DNA from: Bugula neritina
Taxonomy: Eukaryota; Animalia; Bryozoa
Assembly: GCA_964035545.1 (NCBI GenBank)
Contig: OZ037770.1
Location: 7,310,027 to 7,374,026 of the forward strand
DNA: 64,000 bases
Direction of reading: 5' to 3'
In this document: piece after piece, positions 29,376-39,131 of the stretch
Layout: every line of letters starts with the position of its first letter
Position numbering within the stretch: position 1 is the first letter of the stretch
The notes under the pieces: generated by a model
The model's input: the letters and a program-made list of their open reading frames with translations, nothing else
Databases searched by the model: none
Told to the model about the DNA's origin: nothing
Position numbers and translations under genes: made by a program

Positions 29376-32264
29376 TGTTGCAGTGTTTTTCAATATGTTA
29401 CAGTGTATTTCAGTATGTTGCAGTTTGTTGCAGTGTATTTCAGTATGTGACAGTGTATTTCAGTATGTTGCAGTGTGTTGCAGTATGTTGCAGGGTATTT
29501 CAGTATGTTACAGTGGATTTCGGTATGTTGCAGTATTTTGCAGTATATTTCAGTGTGTTGCAGTAAATTTCAGTATGTTGCCGAGTGTTTCAGTATGTTG
29601 CAGTATGTTTTAGTATGTTACAGTATATTTCAGTATGTTGCAGTGTAATTCAATATGTTACAGTATATTTCAGTAGTTTACCATAAATTCCGGTATGTCG
29701 CAGTATGATTGAATGTGTTGCAATGTATTTCAATATGTTACAGTGTAATTCCGTATGTTGCAGTATGTTGCAGTATGTTGCAGTATGTTGCAGTATGTTG
29801 CAGTATATTTCAGCATGTTAAAGTGTATCTCGGTATGTTGTAGTATGTTGCAGTGTATTTCAGTATGTTGCAGTGTATTCCAGTGTGCTACACAATATTT
29901 CAGTATGTTGCAGTGTTTTTCAATGTGTTACAGTATATTTCAGTATATTACCGTAAATTTAGGTATGTTGCAGTTTATTCCAACGTGTCGCAGTTCATTT
30001 CAGTATGTTACAGTGTATTTCAATATGTTGCAGTATGTTGCAGTGTAATTCATTATGTTACAGTGTATTTCAGTATGTTGCAGTCTATTTCAGTATGTTA
30101 CAGTGTATTTCAGTATGTTGCAGTATGTTTCAGTGTGTTGCAGTGTATTTCAATATGTTACAGTTTATTTCAGTGTGTTGCAGTCTATTTCAGTTTGTTA
30201 CGGTGTAGTTCAGTATGTTGCAGTATGTTGCAATATGTTGCAGTATATTTAAGTATGTTACAGTATATTGCAGTATGTTACAGTACATTTCCGTATATTA
30301 CACTATATTTCAGTGAGTTGCAGTGTAGTTCAGTGTGCTGCAGCATATTTCAGTATGGTGCAGTGTTTTTCAATATGTTACAGTATGTTTCACTATATTA
30401 CTGTATATTTAAGTATGTTGCAGTTTATTATAATGTGTTGCAGTGTATTTCAATATGTTACAGTGTAATTCAGTATGTTGCAGTATGTTGCAGGATATTT
30501 CAGTACGTTGCAGTATATTTCAGTATGTTGAAGTATGTTTCAGTGTGTTGCAGTATATTTCAATGTGTTGCAGTGTATTTCAATATGTTACAGTGTAATT
30601 CAGTATGTTGCAGTATGTTGCAGTGTGTTGCAGTATATTTCAATGTGTTTCAGCGTATTTCAGTATGTTACAGTGTATTTCAGTAAGTTGCAGTGTGATT
30701 CAGTATGTTGCAGTATATTTCACTATGTTGTCGTATTATTCAGTATTTTACAGTACATTTCGGTATATTTCAGCAAGTTGCAGTGTATTTCAGTGTGCTA
30801 CACAATATTTCAGTATGTTGCAGTGTTTTTCAATATGTTACAGTGTATTTCAGTATGTTGCAGTTTGTTGCAGTGTATTTCAGTATGTGACAGTGTATTT
30901 CAGTATGTTGCAGTGTGTTGCAGTATGTTGCAGGGTATTTCAGTATGTTACAGTGGATTTCGGTATGTTGCAGTATTTTGCAGTATATTTCAGTGTGTTG
31001 CAGTAAATTTCAGTATGTTGCCGAGTGTTTCAGTATGTTGCAGTATGTTTTAGTATGTTACAGTATATTTCAGTATGTTGCAGTGTAATTCAATATGTTA
31101 CAGTATATTTCAGTAGTTTACCATAAATTCCGGTATGTCGCAGTATGATTGAATGTGTTGCAATGTATTTCAATATGTTACAGTGTAATTCCGTATGTTG
31201 CAGTATGTTGCAGTATGTTGCAGTATGTTGCAGTATATTTCAGCATGTTAAAGTGTATCTCAGTATGTTGTAGTATGTTGCAGTGTATTTCAGTATGTTG
31301 CAGTGTATTCCAGTGTGCTACACAATATTTCAGTATGTTGCAGTGTTTTTCAATGTGTTACAGTATATTTCAGTATATTACCGTAAATTTAGGTATGTTG
31401 CAGTTTATTCCAATGTGTCGCAGTTCATTTCAGTATGTTACAGTGTATTTCAATATGTTGCAGTATGTTGCAGTGTAATTCATTATGTTACAGTGTATTT
31501 CAGTATGTTGCAGTCTATTTCAGTATGTTACAGTGTATTTCAGTATGTTGCAGTATGTTTCAGTGTGTTGCAGTGTATTTCAATATGTTACAGTTTATTT
31601 CAGTGTGTTGCAGTCTATTTCAGTTTGTTACGGTGTAGTTCAGTATGTTGCAGTATGTTGCAATATGTTGCAGTATATTTAAGTATGTTACAGTATATTG
31701 CAGTATGTTACAGTACATTTCCGTATATTACACTATATTTCAGTGAGTTGCAGTGTAGTTCAGTGTGCTGCAGCATATTTCAGTATGGTGCAGTGTTTTT
31801 CAATATGTTACAGTATGTTTCACTATATTACTGTACATTTAGGTATGTTGCAGTTTATTATAATGTGTTGCAGTGTATTTCAATATGTTACAGTGTAATT
31901 CAGTATGTTGCAGTATGTTGCAGGATATTTCAGTACGTTGCAGTATATTTCAGTATGTTGAAGTATGTTTCAGTGTGTTGCAGTATATTTCAATGTGTTG
32001 CAGTGTATTTCAATATGTTACAGTGTAATTCAGTATGTTGCAGTATGTTGCAGTGTGTTGCAGTATATTTCAATGTGTTTCAGCGTATTTCAGTATGTTA
32101 CAGTGTATTTCAGTAAGTTGCAGTGTGATTCAGTATGTTGCAGTATATTTCACTATGTTGTCGTATTATTCAGTATTTTACAGTACATTTCGGTATATTT
32201 CAGCAAGTTGCAGTGTATTTCAGTGTGCTACACAATATTTCAGTATGTTGCAGTGTTTTTCAAT
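29376..32264 (+). repeat. Tandem duplication, 1430-1440-bp unit
   Basis: ORF pairs 29853/31283, 30005/31435, 30535/31965; CAGGGTATTT at 29491 and 30931. Confidence 0.92.
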
Positions 32265-33667
32265 GTGTTACAGTATATTTCAGTATATTACCGTAAACTT
32301 AGGTATGTTGCAGTTTGTTCCATTGTGTTGCAGTTCATTTCAGTATGTTACAGCGTATTTCAGTGTGTTGCAGTATGTTGCAGTATATTTCAGTAGGTTG
32401 AAGTATATTTCAGTATGTTGCAGTATGTTTCCGTATATTACTCTATATTTCAGTGAGTTGAGGTGTATTTCAGTGTGCTAGAGCATATTTCAGTATGGTG
32501 CAGTGTTTTTCAATGTGTTACAGTATATTTCAGTATATTACCGTATATTTAGGTATGTTGCTGTTTATTCCAATGTGTTGCAGTGTATTCCATTATGTTA
32601 CAGTGTATTTCAGTATGTTGCAGCATGTTGCAGAATATTTCAGTATGTTGCAGTGTAGTTCAGTATGTTGCAGTATGTTTCAGTATGTTACAACATAATT
32701 CAGTATTTTGCCGTACATTTCAGTGTGTTACAGTATACTTCGGTATGTTACAGTATGTTTCGGTATGTTCCAGTATATTTCAGTATGTTTCAGTATGTTT
32801 CAGTGTGTTGCAGTATATTTCACTGTGTTGCAGTGTATTTCAATATGTTACAGTGTATTTCAGTATGTTGCAGTGTGATTCAGTATGTTACAGTATATTT
32901 CAGTATGTTGTCATATGTTTCAGTATGTTACAACATAATTCACTATTTTGCCGTATATTTCAGTGTGTTACAGTATATTTCATTATGTTGCAGTATGTTT
33001 CGGTATGTTCCAGTATAATTCAGTATGTTTCTCAATGTTTCAGTATTATTTCAGTATGTTACAGTACATGTCCGTATATTACGATATACTTCGATATGTT
33101 GCAGTATATTTCAGTATTTCGCGTATGTTTCAGTGTGTTGCAGTGTATTTCAATATGTTACAGTTTATTTCAGTATGTTGCAGTCTATTTCAGTTTGTTA
33201 CAGTGTAGTTCAGTATGTTGCACTATGTTGCAGTATGTTGCAGTATATTTAAGTATGTTACAGTATATTGCAGTATGTTACAGTACATTTCCGGATATTA
33301 CACTATATTTCAGTGAGTTGCAGTGTATTTCAGTGTCCTGCAGCATATTTCAGTACGGTGCAGTGTTTTTCAATATGTTACAGTATGTTTCACTATATTA
33401 CTGTATGTTTAGGTATGTTGCAGTTTATTATAATGTGTTGCAGTGTATTTCATTATGTTACAGTGTATTTCAGTATGTTGCAGTATGTTGCAGGATATTT
33501 CAGTGTGTTGCAGTATATTTTAATATGTTGCAGTGTAATTCAATATGTTACAGTGTAATTCAGTATGTTACAGTATATTTCAGCATGTTGCAGTGTAATT
33601 CAGTATGTTACGGTATATTTCAGTAGTTTACCATAAATTCCGGTATGTTGTAGTATAATTGAATGTG

Positions 33668-33689
33668 CACAGCATAGTTAAGGTCATTC
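33668..33689 (+). repeat. E1 left TIR (L-type, spacer ATAG)
   Basis: CACAGC-ATAG-TTAAGGTCATTC; inverted partner at 39110-39131. Confidence 0.92.
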
Positions 33690-36477
33690 CTAGTTAAATA
33701 TCATCTCATAATCTAGTCTCAGTTCCTAGTTGCTATTGCTCTGTGGGCGGCATGCGTATTGCCTACTTGTCATAATTTAGCATGAGATTGAACAATTGCC
33801 AACAGACCATCAAATTAGCTAGGGCTGCACCTGTTCATATTACAACCATAGCTACAATCTATTGAGCAAGTATGCGGCCATGGCAAGCCTCAGCATCACC
33901 TCATTATTATTATTACAAGAGACCAGTGGTTCGTTTCATGTGCAATGTACTTGATGTACAAAGGAAGATAATTTTCGCAACTTCTTTTTCAACTAGCCAT
34001 GTAAAACTATTTCAGATTCTGGAAGCAAGCTAAATGCTAAAGCTAACTCAATATTTATCCATTTGCCTAGTCTAATAAAGTTGTTAATAATTACAGGCTT
34101 GACTACAACTTTTGAAATTCTATTGCAGATATTGTTTAAATAATGTAAAAGGCAGCCGTAACAAATAATTTAGAGATGCTCTTCTCTCAAAGCATAATGT
34201 TTTTAGGCTAGACTAATAATCTATCTGTTTACTATCATTGACTAACTTAAAGCCAAAATTACCTTCATCATTAAAATCCTCTTCTAGTGGCTAAAAACAC
34301 TTTTCAGTGCTAAACTATTATACAATCAGTTACAGACTCTGCACAATAGCTTAGAATAGTAAAGAGACTTGCAAATAGGTCAGATAGTCATGTGTGAGAT
34401 TTTGTTGGTAGCTGTAAAGATCAGATATGCAGAATTTTGTGTGGCCACTCTGACTTTAGATGGTTTGAGTAAAGGATTTGATTGCTGCAAGTTTCTAATA
34501 TAGCTAGTAGGTACTTTTGTGGTCCTATTGTACGTTAGTATAAGCATTAATCAACACTTATTGAGGTGAATTGGAATTTGGAACTATATAAAAGGTTAGA
34601 CCGTGAGCCTGTGCTTTAAATATATTCTATTTGCTCTCTGTTGTATACATGCAGTCTAAACTTTAAAAGGTCCAATCAAGCCTAAATGGCTTTTAGCTAA
34701 ATGTCCAAAAATTGGCTATGAGCTGTATCTTGTTGCCTTGCACTGAGAAATAAATTTGAGGCCAGCAAACAACTGGGCTCCTTTGTACTCCTGGCAGCTA
34801 CATATCAATAGTTGGTTATCATAGTTGCGCAGTGTTCACTCAAGCATTATATTATCGGCTTGCTGTATGCCAACTCAGAGCCAAGATTATCAACTATTTT
34901 ATGTTTCTAAATTTAGCATCTAATAGAAAAAGCTGCGTCTAGTTAGACTGACTGACACTATGCTTGCCTGAGTGAAACATCCAAAATGAACAGTTTTAAT
35001 CTTAGCTAGGCAAGAATTGAGAATTTGAAGAGAAAACCTCCTTAAGATAAAAAAAGATGTCCAGTGAATTTAGTTGTGTTTCCGGCCTGATAGGTGTCAG
35101 TTAAGCAGCTCAGATATAATTAGCAATGCATTTTCTATTATTCTGATGCTGCAGTTATAATATTCCATAACAAGAATTGACTTAATAATTTAGGGATATG
35201 CAACAAATCAACCAGTTTTATTCTAGTTAACACCAGATAGCCATTGCTAAAGATCAAAACGAAAATCAGTGTGGATTTTCAAACATAATATAATATATAT
35301 ACGCATGATCAGGCATAGAAGTAGCAAGTTCAATGAATAATGTAAACATGCAGAAGGTGTAACAGCTGTGTACTATTGTAAAGGAATAAGTCAGGCCTTC
35401 TTATAGCTATACATCCTATAATAAGTATATTACAAACATGGGGGAAATAATAGGTTAGTTCCCTAATTACTTTTCTTAAACATACATTACAATATTGAAT
35501 GTCAAAACTGATTTTGTAAAAAAGCAGAATCTATAAAAATTCAAGCTGCAAAAGCCTAACTAAAAGGCACATTGCTGGGGTGATTAGTCCTTTCAATTAT
35601 TAATAATTTTAGTTTTTATATCCGTTGATAAAAGTCCTATATTTTTGCAGGTAGAGTCTTGTTATACAGGTGTCAGTTGTAGAGTATTATGCTTTTTAAA
35701 CATAAAATATATCGTCTTGCAAGAGTAGAGAATTTAAAGATCCTAAGAGCTGATGCTGACATAGAAAGGATGTCCTGAGTACACATGCTATAGCATTTCT
35801 TTGACAAAACCTAATCATCTAGTAGCCCACTTGTTTTTGGAACTCAATCTAAAAATATAAATAGCAGTTTTCTCAATACATTGAAGAGTAATTTGCAACA
35901 TTTTGAATTTGAATTAACGTGTTCATACACCACAGTTAGTACTATAGTAATCTATATTCTGTAAAATCTACCTATACTGTAATCAGATCAAAGCTGCCTG
36001 CTGGTAACTTTTTAAAAAACAGAGCTCATAATTACAATTACTATTAGGTTGGATGCTCCCTTGAAATTGTAATTTTCAAATAATTTCTTAGTAGATATGA
36101 TTGCCATGATGACTCCAATCCTTTGAAACATATTATGCTTATAATGTATTTTAAGTTGGTCACTCACAGTAAATGTAGTTTAGTATGCAAGTAGTGGTAC
36201 AATTAGAGTTACTAAACAGAAGATTTTTAGTGCAAAACTATATTTTCTATGTGCCTACTCAACTACAGTACTCTAAATAATTGGAGAAAAAAGTGATAGT
36301 CAATAATAAATTTGGCCATTTTTCTTAGAGTTAATTACATAATGATGAAATGAACTCTGACAATTTTGATCTAGTCTTACAGTCTTAGTAATAGTTCTAC
36401 CATCAATGCATTCCTATTATACTATGCCTTTTTTATGAATATAAAACCCAATTTTGAAGTTTAGTTATACTGTGCAA

Positions 36478-36640
36478 TGCTATAATAATAATAATAATAT
36501 AAATATGAATATAATGATATTAATAATACTAATAGTTATAATACGCAGTATAGGTCTACTGTATAATACTATAATATACTAATAGTACAACTATACAAAT
36601 CCTATAAAATTGGTTAAAAATAAATTATAATATATTATTG
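36478..36640. repeat. AT-rich low-complexity (TAA)n-like tract inside E1; homolog at ~60180-60300 in E2
   Basis: TATAATAATAATAATAATAT and related runs; TTA-rich counterpart at the collinear position in E2. Confidence 0.7.
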
Positions 36641-38779
36641 CTTGAAAGCAATATGAAATATGCGAATTTGCTGAAGGAAGCAGTGGTACTCACTTACCCT
36701 TGAAGTTAAACTCTTAAAGTTAATCAAAGTACACTCTTTCATCCTAGGTTTGAGAGGTAAAAGACGTTTTTCACTCCGTTTTGAAATGATATTCCCACCG
36801 CCAGTTGGCAAGTTCACTTCACAGATTGCGTTTTAACATCGAATTTTTTATTTACCGAGCTAGCTTTTACTAGTAACATATCCAATCGGGCAAGATAAGT
36901 AACGCTTTACCAGCTACGTATGATATTATGCAAAGCAGTTTGTTTGAGGACAGTGCACTGCAGCTGCGGAATTACTAGGGTAGGTTTTGGAGGGGGGGGG
37001 GTGAATGTAAATTATAAACGTTCTATGTGCTTTTTTGAAAGCATTATGATAGCATACGCTTTAGTCATTTATATGTAAAATAAAACTTATTGTTTTATAA
37101 ATTATAATTTACTTATTTATTTATTTTACTATTGTTTTAAAAACTTGATAAAACTTTGAACACCCCCTCATAATACCACAACCGCACTCCACTCCTTTAG
37201 TTATAACATAATTAGATTAGAAGTCACATCTTCAATACAAACAAGCTATTCCGATGCCTGCTGCTGGCATTAGCTTGTAACTGCAGTGAAGCTTTTATAA
37301 CTGAGCTAGTAGGCTGAAAGTGCACTACCTATAGTTAGCTACCAATGTTATGAATTGGTGTAAGCAGTAAAGGAAATGAGTAGTATATATGTGTACAGAA
37401 ACTTGTACTCAAATGCTTATAGAACCCCATAGTTACGGTTATTTGAGATTCAGTCAGGTCCAAAAGAAATTGTGAAATTAAATACCCATTTATATTACAT
37501 CATGCTGAATCTGGTCACAGAATTGGCTATTCAAAGCTAATTGCAATTAAAACCATATTGCAATATAAAATAACCTGCCTAAGTTGCTCCTTATTGACGA
37601 GTAGTCTAGTTGGGCATTTAAGTTCAAACCATGAGCTCATTTCAGCTAAAAATAGCAGCACCTTGTCACTGCCTATATGAATGGCTTGCATGGTCACTGC
37701 CAGAGCCATTAGCAAAATGGCTTACTGCTATTGCAAGCCTGCTACATACAAGCCTCCTACCTGCAAGAACTATTTATCAATCAGAAACTACTTATTTAAT
37801 TGTAAGCTACCAGAATTTTAATACCACAATATTATAAAAAAAGTTGTCTAAGCTGGTAGGTGCGATATAAGCAGAAAAGCTAAAACAGCCTAAATTCTTA
37901 AATTTTTTTAAGAAATTCTAATTTGGTAACATGTCGGAATTATCTCTAAACTTCTTAAGCTGCATCTCACCGCCTGTAATAGGCCCAATAATACGAAATG
38001 CAGGGTTTAATTTCTCAATACCCTCATCACTGCACATACCTCATACTTATTATACTTAGCTGATAAGACTTTACTACTATTGTTGAAAGAAAGTTATGCA
38101 ATTACTATTCAATTGACTAAAAATTCTCTCCAACAATTTTGTAAATTCTGAAAACAAAGTTAATGTTTTAAAATAACAATACAGTGAGTTTGGTTACAGA
38201 TATAATATTATTAGTATAATTTAGATTACTCTACAGAACAACAAATTTGCATTGAAATCACACACAAAAGGCATAAAATTTAGTTGCCTTTACTCTCACT
38301 AGCATCCTAAGATGTCTGGGTTATCATACAGGCTGTATTACTAAACTGCTTTGCACTGGAAAGAAACAAGTCAAAGCAAGAAATGTACGCAGGCTTGAGA
38401 AACCGCTTCATATAAATACAACTGAAATCTAGATTCAGGGTAGATTGCGCATTGTACAGCCTCGCGTCTATAGGCAGTACAACGATATTGCAACCACCAA
38501 GATTCCAACTACTAGCTACTAAAATAATACAATAACCAGTCGCTCATACTGCCTTTTACCCATACCACAGTTTACTGCAGAGATGAACTTTAACCCTTTG
38601 GTTTAGCGCGCACAACTTGAATCGTAGGCCGCATGAGCTCCCTGTAATCATTATGATGGCTAAAATGCAGCGCAGCTCTACCGTGTTCAGCCAAGCGTGC
38701 AGACTGAGCGATATGTAAAATTTTTAATAAAATCAGTGTATAAATTACACGTTTACACCAATTCTATTGAAGTTATCTG

Positions 38780-39061
38780 AAAACTTTAAAAAGCCTCTAA
38801 TAGACAAATATCTTATAAAACTACATTCCAATTTTTGCAGAGATATGTTGCTTGGGAATTGAATAATTCGTGGGGCACTGAGACCATGTTTTTTTATGCG
38901 AAAATGGGCAATTTTTGACTGTTTTTAGAGCATAAAAAGGCAACGGGTTGGGTAGGTGAAGATTTTAAAAAAGCCTCAAATAGAGCAGCAAAATAATTAC
39001 AAGATGGTTTTTGAATTTTGATTCTAGCCTCAAAATTAGTCGAGTTATGAGTGGGGCACTG
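38780..39061 (+). repeat. Degenerate ~180-bp subterminal direct repeat (two units) at the R end of E1
   Basis: AAAAAGCCTCWAATAGA at 38788 and 38968; TGGGGCACTG at 38871 and 39052. Confidence 0.75.
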
Positions 39062-39109
39062 TTTCATATACAATTATAATGGAGCAATGAAATTACTGAT
39101 TCAGTAGAA

Positions 39110-39131
39110 GGATGACCTTAATCAAGCTGTG
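39110..39131 (-). repeat. E1 right TIR (R-type, spacer TTGA)
   Basis: Reverse complement reads CACAGC-TTGA-TTAAGGTCATCC. Confidence 0.92.

Larger units (their letters stand above)
1..33667 (+). repeat. 10-bp tandem satellite array (CAGTATGTTG / CAGTATGTTA / CAGTRTATTT monomers), block 1; runs off the left edge
   Basis: 10-bp periodicity throughout; CAG recurs at a fixed column in the 10-base blocks except at rare 9-, 11- or 13-bp monomers; one orientation only. Confidence 0.99.
33668..39131 (+). mobile_element. Non-autonomous TIR DNA transposon, copy E1 (5464 bp), probably CMC/EnSpm-like; strand is arbitrary
   Basis: Starts CACAGCATAGTTAAGGTCATTC, ends GGATGACCTTAATCAAGCTGTG (18/22 inverted match); TG duplicated at 33666-33667 and 39132-39133 relative to the empty site TATAATTGAATGTGTTGCAG (e.g. 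18161-18180); longest ORF 68 aa; end-to-end homolog at 57711-62973. Superfamily call rests only on CAC termini plus 2-bp TSD. Confidence 0.92.

Noticed and set aside
1-33626. Hundreds of Cys/Tyr/Val/Gln-rich ORFs up to 347 aa (also in 39275-57749 and 62971-63999)
   Set aside because: Three CAGTATGTTG monomers translate to QYVAVCCSML with no stop in any + frame and supply ATGs; ORFs overlap in all three frames. They are satellite translation artefacts.
1-33667. CRISPR-like array
   Set aside because: No unique spacers between constant repeats and no cas genes; it is a contiguous tandem 10-mer.
33678-33681. TTAA as the actual insertion boundary (piggyBac/Kolobok) at these two sites
   Set aside because: The outer 10 bp are shared by both copies, invert with the element, and only removal at CACAGC/GCTGTG with a 2-bp TSD restores the satellite; kept only as a hypothesis about origin.
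33680-33686. AAGGTCA nuclear-receptor half-site within the TIRs
   Set aside because: A 7-bp match already explained by TIR function; nothing in the sequence supports receptor binding.
36978-37001. G-rich tract with G10 run, possible G-quadruplex
   Set aside because: Not conserved at the homologous E2 position (~59811-59833); probably homopolymer slippage.
33668-39131. Transposase or other protein gene within the elements
   Set aside because: ORFs are under 90 aa, not shared intact between E1 and E2, and show no recognisable DDE or Zn-finger motif; a heavily spliced or decayed remnant cannot be excluded without TBLASTN/HMM search.
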